In this document: positions 21,676 to 30,640 of the stretch, piece after piece
How positions within the stretch are numbered: position 1 is the stretch's first letter
How the letters are laid out: every line of letters starts with the position of its first letter
From: a virus
Lineage: Duplodnaviria > Caudoviricetes
Direction: 5' to 3' (one strand)
DNA length: 30,640 nucleotides
IMG/VR virus record: IMGVR_UViG_3300031524_000058
Span: 1 to 30,640 of that record
Translations under genes and position numbers: made by a program
Notes under the pieces: model-generated
Seen by the model: only the letters and a program-made list of their open reading frames with translations
Databases searched by the model: none
What the model was told of the DNA's origin: nothing

Positions 21676-23922
21676 CTAGCGGCGCGAACTTGGGCTGCGG
21701 CGTGCCGAATCCTTCGCGGCTGCATTGCTTGCAGCGACGATGTGTGGAGCTGCCTGCCGGATGCCGCGCTGAACCGCAGCGTTGATTGCGGCCGGGTCGT
21801 TGGCGCCGCGGGCGTCGATGTTCCAGGCGTGGTTGGTGACACCGCCGCCGCTGCCACCGGAAAGCATCGCCGAAGTGTCGCGAGCATTGTTGATCTTTGA
21901 AGTGGATCCAACCTGCAAAAGCTCCGGACCTTTTTCACCGGTCATGTAGAAATCGCCGGGGCTCAGAAGACCGCCACCAGCCTTGGGGATGAGCATGGAC
22001 GCCAGGCCGCTCCAGAAGCCGCCGCTGGTAGCTGCCTGGGTCGCCGTCGATACGGCAGTGCCGGCGCTCTTCAGCACACTCGCCATTCGAACCCACATGG
22101 GGTTTGCTTCCGACGTGCCGATCTTGTTGAGGCCGAGTCCCTTCATGAGAGTGCCTTCGGCATCCTGCAATCCGGTCTTCGCAACGCCTGTGAAGATCGC
22201 CTTGCCAGCCTGCTCGAACGGATGATCGCCGGCTTGTGGCTTGGTCGTCAGGACGTGAATGAGGGCGTTGTTCACATCACCCAGCGCACTGGTGACGGTC
22301 TCCCTGAACTGTGCGCCCCAGTCCTGGGACTTCGCGATAATGTCGGCGAAGGTCTTGTCGACCTGGCCGGTGAATGACGTGCTGAAAGTCGTTGCGCTGT
22401 CAGTCGCCTGCTGAATCTGGTACTTGTATGGGATCTGACTTATCTGATTGCCGACATCCATCATCTGCGCCTGACGCTCGTCTGAAGGAACTTCTTTCTT
22501 GAGCTTGGCAAGCTGCTCATTGAGCGGTACCAGCTCGGCGGCGTAGCTCTTCGCATGCAGCGCAACCTCGGCCAGAGCCGCTGCATGCGGGGTCAAAGCG
22601 CCCGTGGATTCCAGCGCCTTCAGCTTGACCTGGCCGAGTTCCCCGGTGAACTTCGCGTAGGCTTCATAACCCTTGGCCAGCTCCGCCGCGATCTTGTTCC
22701 CGCCCTCATGCGGATCCATGTTGATGAAATTCAGGACCCCGTCAGGGACGTTCTTGATGGCCGTGGATTTGCGGATCTCGTCGAACTGCTTCGAGCGAGC
22801 CTCGTACCCCGAATAGAGTTTGTCCTGGATGGAGTCGTATTCCGATGATCCTCGGCCGAACGCGGAAATCCTCGCCGCCCAGAACTGAATCTCGTCCTCA
22901 ACAGACATCCCCCAAAGCGCCTTGGTTTTCTTGAACAGCTCCTCCATAACCTTGTAGGAATCGGCGCTCGCTGTACCGGCTTGGGTGAGCCTGGTGTTCT
23001 GGCCCTGGAGAGCCTCATGTTGCTGAGTCGCCCGGATGACAGTTACCTCATCACGGCTCGATGCCTGCATATCATTGACGTCGTTCATTTCCGGAGCGTA
23101 GTTCGCACCGTAGTTGGCATGCATCGTGTCGATCTTGCGGACCGCGCCTGAACCATCCAGGTACGTGTGCTTTCCCGTGCTGAGAGCTTCCAGCTCGTTG
23201 CGACGGGTGGCCAATGAACTGCTGAAGCTGTTTGCCTCGGCCAGCCGCGCCTCTGGCGTGGCCGCGTCCCTCATGTGGAGGCGGTGCTGCTCCTCCATCG
23301 TCTGCTCGTAGCCGTTCCGAGACTTGTTCCCCCAGATGGAACTAATCAGGCCGACATCTGTTTTCTGGAGAGCGTCTTCAATTAATTTGATGTCGTCGCC
23401 GAGTTGCTTCTGCAGATCCTCGGCGGCCTTCTTGGCTTCAAGGATGGCGATCAGTGGACCGTTCCTCTGCGGCTTGTGTTCCAGCTTGGCGTTCGTGTCC
23501 TCCAGCTTCGCGTTGGCCAGCTCTATTTCGGTGTTCGTTCTCTGCATGGAACCGTGGATCGAACCCCACGCCTCTTCGTGTTTCTTCGCAGCTTCCTCGG
23601 ACTTTTGGGCGAACTCGACAACCTTCTTCGTGACTTCCACAACGGTGTTTATCAGGGCGAACACAACGACTGCATCGAAGGCCAGGTTCATGGCTGTGGT
23701 AATTCCCGGCAGCTTGCTGATGATTCCCTGAAGACCGCGTGGAATGCCTAGCCCCAGTTCTTCGGAAAGCAGGCGAACAGACTCGCGGCTCCTGTCCATC
23801 TGCTCGCGCATATCCGCGGCCATCTTCTTCGTCAGTCCCTGGGCTTCCCCAATGGCTGCTTTGAAGTTGGCGATCTGGAGCTCGAGCGAGACGTATGCTG
23901 CTGCTACTTTGCGTGAGGCCAT
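21676..23922 (-). CDS. Tape measure protein
   Basis: 748 aa, helical Ala/Glu/Lys-rich; C-terminal KAGGG...YMTGEKGPEL...IDARGA motif; synteny. Confidence 0.9.
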   Translation of the reverse strand: MASRKVAAAYVSLELQIANFKAAIGEAQGLTKKMAADMREQMDRSRESVRLLSEELGLGIPRGLQGIISKLPGITTAMNLAFDAVVVFALINTVVEVTKKVVEFAQKSEEAAKKHEEAWGSIHGSMQRTNTEIELANAKLEDTNAKLEHKPQRNGPLIAILEAKKAAEDLQKQLGDDIKLIEDALQKTDVGLISSIWGNKSRNGYEQTMEEQHRLHMRDAATPEARLAEANSFSSSLATRRNELEALSTGKHTYLDGSGAVRKIDTMHANYGANYAPEMNDVNDMQASSRDEVTVIRATQQHEALQGQNTRLTQAGTASADSYKVMEELFKKTKALWGMSVEDEIQFWAARISAFGRGSSEYDSIQDKLYSGYEARSKQFDEIRKSTAIKNVPDGVLNFINMDPHEGGNKIAAELAKGYEAYAKFTGELGQVKLKALESTGALTPHAAALAEVALHAKSYAAELVPLNEQLAKLKKEVPSDERQAQMMDVGNQISQIPYKYQIQQATDSATTFSTSFTGQVDKTFADIIAKSQDWGAQFRETVTSALGDVNNALIHVLTTKPQAGDHPFEQAGKAIFTGVAKTGLQDAEGTLMKGLGLNKIGTSEANPMWVRMASVLKSAGTAVSTATQAATSGGFWSGLASMLIPKAGGGLLSPGDFYMTGEKGPELLQVGSTSKINNARDTSAMLSGGSGGGVTNHAWNIDARGANDPAAINAAVQRGIRQAAPHIVAASNAAAKDSARRSPSSRR

Positions 23923-23940
23923 GAGTGTTTACTCCAATGG

Positions 23941-23966
23941 ACAGGGCGACCTGATGGCCGCCCTGT
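23941..23966 (-). other. Intergenic RNA hairpin between fibre-like gene and tape measure gene
   Basis: ACAGGGCG-GCC-ATCA-GGT-CGCCCTGT; the G-U pair forms only on the minus (mRNA) strand. Confidence 0.55.
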
Positions 23967-23986
23967 GGTGCACGGGAAGGTGGGGC

Positions 23987-26900
23987 TTAGTAACTCGGAT
24001 ACCACTTTGCTGTGGCCGGGTCGTAGGTCATGGTTTCGACCTTCGACAGCACCGCCGTAGACGCGATGGCAATGTTGCCAGCGGTAGTCGTGGTCCAGAG
24101 AGCATCTGGGATGAGCGTCACCTGGCACCCAACTCCGGCTGTCGTGCAGCCCGTGGGCGCTGTGATCGTCGCAATGGCCGTGGTGCCCGTGATGTGAACC
24201 GCCGGAGATACAGGGGCAATCGTTGTGGCCGATGCAATGGCTGTACCGATGGTCAACTTGGGAATGCCCTGCGTCGTGACCGGCTCATAGACATTGGACC
24301 CAATGAGGGTTTGCACCTGAGCCGACGTTGCCGCTGTCGCTGTGCTGGTGCCGTTGCCATATACGACACCCGTCAACCCTGCGACCTGGTTGGATGTGGT
24401 TGCGTTCGTTGCATTCGTAACAGCCGTTGAACCGATTGCGGACACCATTTGCGCTGCTGTCGACGCAGTATGGGCACTCGTGCCATTGCCATAGAGGACG
24501 CCCGTAACCGTTCCCGCTTCGCCTGTGCCACCTATCGACGCGGGAATCGTGCTGGCAGCTACAGTTAACGATGGAGTTGTGGTGCTCGTGGTGACGGTAG
24601 GAACCAGCCAAGTAGGCCACGAGACAGAAGGTGCAGAAAAACTTGTAACTTCGTTTGTGGCGCTTGTGGCGATGATCGAGGCTGTTCCAATCGCTTGCAG
24701 AACCGGGGACGCACCACCTGTCATTTCGATGCAATTCGACCCACCGTCAGCACAGAACTTAACTGGCATCGCTGTTGAGGTTCCTTGAGATTCTACCTCT
24801 AACATTGGGCCTGTTGAAGTGTTGCCAGTTGTGTCCTCTATGAAAAACTGAGCAGCAGTGGGGGAACCTGTATCCGCACCAAACACATACGCAGTATTGA
24901 ACGTTGTTCGTGCGCCGCCTGTCCAAGTAAAAGTGAACGCATTATTCAGTGGCATGGATAAATTGAGATTCCCGGTCGGATTGCCGAGATAATTCCATCG
25001 TGTCGAGAGTGTGGATGGAAAGTCAGCCTGTACCAACGGCCTACATGATGCCGATCCAGGGGAACTTCCTGTCCCCGGTCCCGCCGCAATAGCATTTGCC
25101 GCACAATTGGGGCTCGTGAACTGCGGGCCAGTTTGGTTGTTCACAGCGGCAGTAAGACCGAGAAAAGCAGAAGTGCCACCCGAACCTACAGAAGTGAGCG
25201 GTTGTCCGTTCAAGTTGCAAATATAGACATTTGGGGCAACCCCGCATAAATCACCGCCAACAGCGCCCTGAAACGGGATGGTTTTTGCCGCCGTGCCATT
25301 TACTTGCCCCATCGACGAAAAGTTCATCAACTTTAGAAATTCGTTGGCGATAGTGATTGAGTTTGCGGCATTCGGATGCGTGCCGTCGTAGCCATTGCAG
25401 TTAGGTAAAAGATTTGAGGTGTAGCATGCCCCGCGCACATCGGCATTGGCGATTCCGAGGCCATCTCCTGATAGTTCGTCCGTCACTTGCTGGATATTCT
25501 GATCGAGCCCGTCTAACTGAGCGTCAGTGTGCGCGGCGTCCTTGTACATCGTCGCAGCATAGTCATAAGGCCCGGTATTCGTAAGTTGGTTTCCGTTTCC
25601 GGCAACGCCAATAATACGTAGTTTGTCCGTTGAATAGGCGCTGACATAGGTCACGGTCATGACGTGCAGACCATTGTTTAGCCCTGCGAAGCGCAGCGCA
25701 TACGCAGATGTGCAGGACGCTACTAATGAGCTAGTTGGGCAGGTGTTCGGTCGTCCAGTTCCCAGCGGGGTGCTCCACGCCAGAAACGGCGTAAAAAGAT
25801 TGCATTGGTAATTGATGCAACCGGCACCGCCGGATATTTGCGCAACCCCTTGTGGTTGTAGTTGAGTTACCGGAGATCCACCGAAACTGGTGATTGTTAC
25901 GTTGAAAGCCGGGTAAGTGGTGGTGGTCGCGCCCACGATAAGGTAGCCGGTTGTGCCATAGAAAGAGCAGGTCCAGGTTGAACCGTTAGTGTTTGTTGCC
26001 AGCACGCCGGGAATTGATCCGACTGTAGTCCCGTTGTAATTGGGCAGCCATGTGTCGGAAGCCCATGTGCCGGATGTGGCACAAGCCGAACTCTGCCCGC
26101 TCTTGAGATTTGGAGCGAGTTTCCAAAGATAAGCCGCGCGTAGAGACGCAATCCATTCAGGTTCGGGATAGCTTGGAGGATTGTAGTTTAGTTCGTTTTC
26201 GCCAATGAGCAAGCTGCTAACCGAGGTCGCGGTTACTGGAGGATCGGCGTAGATGCGTAGGTTCTGATCATACAACTGATCCCCATTGTTGCCTTCGTTG
26301 GTGAGAGTCCACCCTTGCGCTGCCGCGATTAAAGGTGCGTATGCCTGTGCGCAAGGTTCAGTAGTACCGCATGGTCCATAACCAGCCGTGATCGAGTCAC
26401 CATTCGCCGTCCAAGCCCGCCCGCGCAGTGTTGTGCCGTTGATGGCGTTAACGACCGCACTCGTTGCCGCGACGGTGCCTGCGACATTGATGCCGTTCGT
26501 CCCATTCGAAGTGAGGCCGGGGATGAATCCAGCGCCGGCTGGCCCGGTCGGGCCGGCAGGGCCGGTTTGGGTGACAACCAGCGCGGCCTCGTTAGGTGGG
26601 TACACGTCGAAGCTGCAAGCGCCGCCCACACTCGTGGCAGCGGTGCAGAAGCCGCTGGAGACGGCAGATCCAGAGCCAGCGGGTTGTACGCACGAGTAGC
26701 CCGGACCCAACAGCTGCCTGCCGCTTACGTTGTCTGTCACGGTGAGCGAGTAGCAAATATTGATGGGCAAGGTCAGCGCGGTGTCGGCGAGCTGGATAGT
26801 AAACACGCCGTTCGTGACAATCGTAGCAACGGTGCTGGACACCGACTGACCTAAACCATTCACGCGGAAGCCGAGCGGCGACCCGGAGTTATTGACTGGC

Positions 26901-27058
26901 GAGGCGTGTAGGGTGGCGTTCGCGATCAGGTTGCCCGTGGAGTCCTGCAGCTGGTTGCTGCTAAGGGACACGTAACCCAGAGGCGTGGTGGCGAACGAGG
27001 CGACGGCAAACGCGAGGGGGCACGCGCCCAGCAGGGCGGACCGCAGAAACTTATTCAT
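23987..27058 (-). CDS. Fibre/spike-like protein with SGNH/GDSL esterase domain and signal-peptide-like N-terminus
   Basis: GDSIT, GNNG, IGENE, DGTHPN blocks; GPAGPTGPAG collagen-like linker; T/A/G/S-rich repeats; GGAG RBS. Confidence 0.8.
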   Translation of the reverse strand: MNKFLRSALLGACPLAFAVASFATTPLGYVSLSSNQLQDSTGNLIANATLHASPVNNSGSPLGFRVNGLGQSVSSTVATIVTNGVFTIQLADTALTLPINICYSLTVTDNVSGRQLLGPGYSCVQPAGSGSAVSSGFCTAATSVGGACSFDVYPPNEAALVVTQTGPAGPTGPAGAGFIPGLTSNGTNGINVAGTVAATSAVVNAINGTTLRGRAWTANGDSITAGYGPCGTTEPCAQAYAPLIAAAQGWTLTNEGNNGDQLYDQNLRIYADPPVTATSVSSLLIGENELNYNPPSYPEPEWIASLRAAYLWKLAPNLKSGQSSACATSGTWASDTWLPNYNGTTVGSIPGVLATNTNGSTWTCSFYGTTGYLIVGATTTTYPAFNVTITSFGGSPVTQLQPQGVAQISGGAGCINYQCNLFTPFLAWSTPLGTGRPNTCPTSSLVASCTSAYALRFAGLNNGLHVMTVTYVSAYSTDKLRIIGVAGNGNQLTNTGPYDYAATMYKDAAHTDAQLDGLDQNIQQVTDELSGDGLGIANADVRGACYTSNLLPNCNGYDGTHPNAANSITIANEFLKLMNFSSMGQVNGTAAKTIPFQGAVGGDLCGVAPNVYICNLNGQPLTSVGSGGTSAFLGLTAAVNNQTGPQFTSPNCAANAIAAGPGTGSSPGSASCRPLVQADFPSTLSTRWNYLGNPTGNLNLSMPLNNAFTFTWTGGARTTFNTAYVFGADTGSPTAAQFFIEDTTGNTSTGPMLEVESQGTSTAMPVKFCADGGSNCIEMTGGASPVLQAIGTASIIATSATNEVTSFSAPSVSWPTWLVPTVTTSTTTPSLTVAASTIPASIGGTGEAGTVTGVLYGNGTSAHTASTAAQMVSAIGSTAVTNATNATTSNQVAGLTGVVYGNGTSTATAATSAQVQTLIGSNVYEPVTTQGIPKLTIGTAIASATTIAPVSPAVHITGTTAIATITAPTGCTTAGVGCQVTLIPDALWTTTTAGNIAIASTAVLSKVETMTYDPATAKWYPSY

Positions 27059-27090
27059 GGGGACAACTCCGGGTGTGGATTAGAAAATGA

Positions 27091-27399
27091 TTAGAGAATT
27101 GGCACGCCTGGCCGAACTGCGATCAGGGCAAATTTGGCCGCGAACGACTCCGCGATCTCATCGTCGGTGGGCTCCTTGACCTTGCGACCTAACATGAAAT
27201 CTTCAGAGCTGAGCGGGGGATCGGGGCGCGCCATCGAGAAGTTGGCGGTAACTGAGGCCAGGATTCCGACCAGGTAGTTGCTGCGATCGAGGGCCTGCTT
27301 GTGCCGGCGCAGGAGAGCGGAGAACTGCCGCGGGGTAAGGGACCAGAAGTCAGCGTCGGATAAGTGTAGATCGTAACGCGCTGAACTCCACAATCCCAT
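27091..27399 (-). CDS. Tail assembly chaperone, gpT-like part (probably made as a -1 frameshift fusion)
   Basis: FWSLTPRQF motif; -1 frame relative to 27417..27770 and open across its stop. Confidence 0.75.
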   Translation of the reverse strand: MGLWSSARYDLHLSDADFWSLTPRQFSALLRRHKQALDRSNYLVGILASVTANFSMARPDPPLSSEDFMLGRKVKEPTDDEIAESFAAKFALIAVRPGVPIL

Positions 27400-27416
27400 C
27401 CACCGCTGCGCGTTGG

Positions 27417-27770
27417 TTAGCTCTGGTCCGTCCTGGGGGCCGTGTCTTCGTCCGCCTCGGTGTCAGGTTCGGCCATGCCGGCGCTCCAACATGCGAGCAC
27501 AGCGGACCATATCTCGGACAGGTTCTTGCGCGTCACGAGAGTCTTGACTTCGGCCAGGGTGGACTTCGGGTTCAGGGGAAGCATCGCGGCGTAAAGCATG
27601 GCCCGGACCAGGTTGATCGAGGGCGCGGAAATGTCGCGTGAGCGCAACCCGGTCAGCAGCGCGCGGTCGGTTACATCTTCGGCGACGGCGACCGCTTCGA
27701 AGGAAAAGAGCAGTTGGAACGTGGCCTCGCCGATGGTCAGGGATGTGGAAGGTGCTACGGGGTTAGTCAT
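27417..27770 (-). CDS. Tail assembly chaperone, gpG-like
   Basis: Directly after the major tail gene; GAGGA RBS; LLFSFEAVAVAED. Confidence 0.78.
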   Translation of the reverse strand: MTNPVAPSTSLTIGEATFQLLFSFEAVAVAEDVTDRALLTGLRSRDISAPSINLVRAMLYAAMLPLNPKSTLAEVKTLVTRKNLSEIWSAVLACWSAGMAEPDTEADEDTAPRTDQS

Positions 27771-27794
27771 GATTCCTCTTCAGGTTTGTGGTAT

Positions 27795-27823
27795 CCCCGG
27801 TCCCCAAACGCGAGGGACCGGGG
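27795..27823. terminator. GC-rich hairpin after the major tail gene (terminator or stabiliser)
   Basis: CCCCGGTCCC-9 nt-GGGACCGGGG; no strong U-tract. Confidence 0.5.
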
Positions 27824-27842
27824 GAACCCAGTTCAGTTGGGT

Positions 27843-28385
27843 TTAGCTGCCGGTCTTAATGGTCATGATCCCTTGCAACTTGATGTTGATCTTGACGGTC
27901 AGCGTCTTGTCAGCACCTATGCCGACCGGGGTAGGCATAGAGGAGACCCAGCCATTGAAGTCGTACACGTTTCCGCTCGTGACTTGTCCGGCGATCTTCT
28001 GCAATTGCACCTGATACTGGTTCGCGAGTCCGGACAGGAAAGCTGTCTGGAGCGCAATCAAACCGGGGTCACCGGGCAAGAACACACCCGTCGCGGTGAA
28101 CTCACCGGGGTCCAGCACGGTCGGAATGGATTCCTTCGTGACGGTGCCGGCGATGTCGGAAGGCGAGCCTGTATTTGTGATGTCGTCAAAGCTCAGCTTC
28201 TGTTCTGGCAGGGTGAAGTCCTTAATCTGCAAGAGCGCAATGCCGGTGGGGGTTGCAGCCGGGGCAAGAGTCAACGCGGTCGGAGGAATGGACGGAGCAG
28301 CGACAGGCGCTGCAATGGTTGCGGGAGTGGCATTGATAACCAGGACTGCGCCTGCGCCTGTGCCGCCCTTTGAGAGAGTGGACAT
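27843..28385 (-). CDS. Major tail (tube) protein
   Basis: DITNTGSP...KESIPTVLDPGEFTATGVFLPGDPG, YDFNGWVS; GAGG RBS before ATG 28385. Confidence 0.85.
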   Translation of the reverse strand: MSTLSKGGTGAGAVLVINATPATIAAPVAAPSIPPTALTLAPAATPTGIALLQIKDFTLPEQKLSFDDITNTGSPSDIAGTVTKESIPTVLDPGEFTATGVFLPGDPGLIALQTAFLSGLANQYQVQLQKIAGQVTSGNVYDFNGWVSSMPTPVGIGADKTLTVKINIKLQGIMTIKTGS

Positions 28386-28414
28386 GATGTTACCTCGTGT
28401 GAAGCGGTGGGGGC

Positions 28415-28831
28415 TTAGCTCTGGTAATCGACCAGGACTGAGACGTTGGTTGTGGAGAGCAGGGCGTCGGACTGATACAAATCGGTGAGATTGACGACGT
28501 CGGCGAAGAAGACTTGTGGACCGCCGGGGAGAAATCCCTGGTAGCCGTTGAGCGCGGCCTTGACCGCGAGCCCGAGCTTGTGGGCGATGAGGTAGCTGCC
28601 TGGCCCGAAGCACGCGTGGCAGCTAAACAGAATGCGCGCGTGGGCCACACCGCTCGATCCGGTGAGCGTCATCTCGTCGTGATCGCTGACCGCCTGGTAC
28701 ACGATGGCGGGGAAGAGCGAGATATCGACGGGCGCGGGGATCGGCTGGATGCTGTCGCCGCCGGCGACGATGGCCACGATGGGCGTCTCGGTGAGCAGCA
28801 GCGCGACAATGCCTTCGATGAGTGTGACCAT
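28415..28831 (-). CDS. Tail completion / terminator protein (DUF3168-like)
   Basis: FPAIVYQAVS...A.AVKAALNGY.G; synteny. Confidence 0.8.
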   Translation of the reverse strand: MVTLIEGIVALLLTETPIVAIVAGGDSIQPIPAPVDISLFPAIVYQAVSDHDEMTLTGSSGVAHARILFSCHACFGPGSYLIAHKLGLAVKAALNGYQGFLPGGPQVFFADVVNLTDLYQSDALLSTTNVSVLVDYQS

Positions 28832-29350
28832 TTAGTAGTCCTCTCCGCCGTACTCCGAGTCGGAAGGTGAATCGTCGGCCAGGTCCTGGCCGAGCGAAGA
28901 TGCCAGGTTTTCAAGCATCACTTCGACGGCCCGCTCAATCGAAGAATCGAAGCTGCGCACCATGAACGGGTTTGCGTCGATGTGCTTTGTAACGTGCGAA
29001 CCCTTTTCACCGCTCTTGCCGCCCTCGATGTGGTCGAAGCCGTTCTCAACCCAATAGGCCACGTGGCCGGTGCCGATGCCGGGGCCGACCTTCACCGCCG
29101 GGTTGTACCTGGTCCCGATGACGACCTGGTCGCAGAGACTTTCTTTGAGCACGCCCGGCTGCAGGGCATTGCTGTCCGGAGTCGGTTCGTCGGTACGCTC
29201 GGGGCATTCCGCGACCATTGCGTCGAGGAGGACATCACCGCCGGCCTGCAGCGCGTTGCGGACCGCCCGCTTGGCTACGCGCGTGGGGAGTGCCTTGAGC
29301 AGGTCCTCCCATTCATGCGTGTCGATGGTGAGCTTGACTTCATCGGCCAT
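28832..29350 (-). CDS. HK97 gp10-like neck protein
   Basis: RNALQAGG...P....GVLKES, AYWVENG, ANPFMVRSFD. Confidence 0.85.
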   Translation of the reverse strand: MADEVKLTIDTHEWEDLLKALPTRVAKRAVRNALQAGGDVLLDAMVAECPERTDEPTPDSNALQPGVLKESLCDQVVIGTRYNPAVKVGPGIGTGHVAYWVENGFDHIEGGKSGEKGSHVTKHIDANPFMVRSFDSSIERAVEVMLENLASSLGQDLADDSPSDSEYGGEDY

Positions 29351-29712
29351 TACGAACTCACGGTGTCAACGCCGATGCAGGCGAGGATCAAAATCCGGTG
29401 ACGCCGATTCACGTCGTCAACATCCTGGATGGTGTAGGCATTGTCGCCGAACTGGATCCGCATGCCGGGCGCGATCGCGACCGCGGGATAGCGGATGGTG
29501 ATGCAGTCGGTTGCGTTGGCCGCTTGAGTGGAGTTCTGAAACGAAAACTTGAAGGTCAGGCTCGAGGTGCCCTCGATGGCGGCGTGCGTGGTCAGCACCG
29601 TTGACCAGGTAGTGCCGGGCTGCCCGGCTGAGTCGCGGGTGGAGCTGGGCTTTTGGATGGTGATGGAGTGGCGAAGCCGGCCGGCGGCGAGTTGGGTTGG
29701 GTCGAAGGTCAT
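29350..29712 (-). CDS. Head closure protein (SPP1 gp16 / HK97 gp7-like)
   Basis: AGRLRHSITIQ...DSAGQ...W, ITIRY....PGMRI. Confidence 0.9.
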   Translation of the reverse strand: MTFDPTQLAAGRLRHSITIQKPSSTRDSAGQPGTTWSTVLTTHAAIEGTSSLTFKFSFQNSTQAANATDCITIRYPAVAIAPGMRIQFGDNAYTIQDVDDVNRRHRILILACIGVDTVSS

Positions 29713-30584
29713 GCCTGGTACCCGAAGGTGTCGAAGGTGTCGGTTGCAAGCAGGCTCTCAACGCCCATCTCGATGGCTTTGGGCGGATTGGCCTCGGCTG
29801 CGTCGCGGTGGGTGAACCAATACGAAATCAGCAGGCTCATGGCCTGGGTGATGGTGGCCGGGCAGTTGCCGATGCAGTAGCTCGCCGTGAGTGTCGCGCC
29901 TGTGTACGAGCTGTTGACGGTCAAGACCGAACTCGCATTGGTGAAGGGGACTGGAGCGCCGGTAGAGTCCACCAGGACGATGTTGGTGACCTGGAGTACC
30001 GTGCCAGCCATGAACGCCGCGGCCTGGGAAAGCGTAATTGCGAATGGCGAAGCCAATGGAACTTCCAGCGAATCCACAACCGGCAGCGCATACGTCGCGG
30101 CCGTGTAGAGGATGGTGACCGAGCCGGGGAGGTAGCTCTGTGTGTATGGCCAGTAAAGCCCCGGCATGGGCACGATGCGCGCCGGCTCGCTCGTCAGGTC
30201 GACGTAATACTGGCTTGGATCGAGAGTCTGCAGAGTGCCGGTGAGATCGATGTAAGTGATGCTTTCAACTGAGAGCGTGGCCACCATCGGCAGCCTGATC
30301 ATGAGCGCGTGCCAGTATTTCCCGTAAAGGACGTGGCGATCATTTGCGCCGATGGTGCCAGACCAATCAGGGAAGGGAAAGAAGTCAAGGTTCAGGCGCA
30401 TGGCGCGTGGGAAGATGGCGCGCTGCATTTTCTTCTCGACATATTGCCGCGCGGCGATGATGTATCCGCCGATCACCGTGTCCTGCGAGGTATCGCCGGA
30501 GTCGATGATGCATTGCAGCTTCGCCTGGGCGAGGGTCATCGGCTCCGCGATGGGCGCGGACATTTCTTTGTAGACGAGGGGCAT
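29709..30584 (-). CDS. Head-tail connector (HK97 gp6 / SPP1 gp15-like), elongated
   Basis: EPMTLAQAKLQC..D...D..I..YIIAARQYVE, SVESITYID..G..QTL, P..ITQAMSLLISYWFTHRD. Confidence 0.88.
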   Translation of the reverse strand: MPLVYKEMSAPIAEPMTLAQAKLQCIIDSGDTSQDTVIGGYIIAARQYVEKKMQRAIFPRAMRLNLDFFPFPDWSGTIGANDRHVLYGKYWHALMIRLPMVATLSVESITYIDLTGTLQTLDPSQYYVDLTSEPARIVPMPGLYWPYTQSYLPGSVTILYTAATYALPVVDSLEVPLASPFAITLSQAAAFMAGTVLQVTNIVLVDSTGAPVPFTNASSVLTVNSSYTGATLTASYCIGNCPATITQAMSLLISYWFTHRDAAEANPPKAIEMGVESLLATDTFDTFGYQA

Positions 30585-30587
30585 GGT

Positions 30588-30640
30588 TTACCTGATGGCG
30601 CGTTCGCGGTTCTGAATTGGACGGTCCGCCTGTTCGCGGG
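30588..30640 (-). CDS. 3' end of a gene entering from outside the window
   Basis: ...REQADRPIQNRERAIR-stop, 3 bp before the connector ATG. Confidence 0.4.
   Translation of the reverse strand, partial: REQADRPIQNRERAIR

Larger units (their letters stand above)
1..30640. mobile_element. Temperate siphophage / probable phage-plasmid; both ends lie outside the window
   Basis: HK97/lambda-order neck-tail-lysis module plus rep with iterons, parA, tyrosine recombinase and chains of short ATGA-coupled ORFs. No host core genes seen. Confidence 0.9.

Noticed and set aside
17373-27058. Diversity-generating retroelement or invertible fibre cassette
   Set aside because: No reverse transcriptase, TR/VR pair or inverted fibre segment seen.
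1-30640. tRNA/rRNA genes, attL/attR repeats, stop-codon recoding
   Set aside because: None recognised by eye; genes read intact in the standard code and TAG, TGA and TAA all end genes. A tRNAscan/repeat search was not possible.

Overview
The whole window reads as one temperate, lambda/HK97-type siphophage with plasmid-type maintenance genes (a probable phage-plasmid). No host housekeeping genes or att boundary are visible. Right half (minus strand): head-tail connector, head closure, HK97 gp10-like, tail terminator, major tail protein, two tail assembly chaperones in the classic 0/-1 frame arrangement, a 1023-aa fibre-like SGNH protein with a signal-peptide-like N-terminus, tape measure, distal-tail/hub/NlpC-like/tip genes, then lysis genes ending in a lambda-R-type endolysin. 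Centre: a tyrosine recombinase divergent from a 272-aa Xis-like HTH protein, with a candidate crossover site between them; a promoter-terminator unit that looks like a ~70-nt sRNA; an XRE regulator behind mirror-image divergent promoters; a replication initiator with internal iterons; a type Ib ParA plus small centromere-binding-like protein with 9-bp repeats before, inside and after the operon. Left: small phage genes, a D-to-E pseudo-receiver, an intact IS1595 (ISNwi1-like) element with passenger genes, a WGR protein, a Crp/Fnr regulator and two translationally coupled sigma factors (FliA/WhiG-like, then ECF-like). Crp, receiver and recombinase types resemble, from memory only, Acidobacteriota proteins; the host is unverified. 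All product calls come from reading motifs and synteny by eye, not from database searches.
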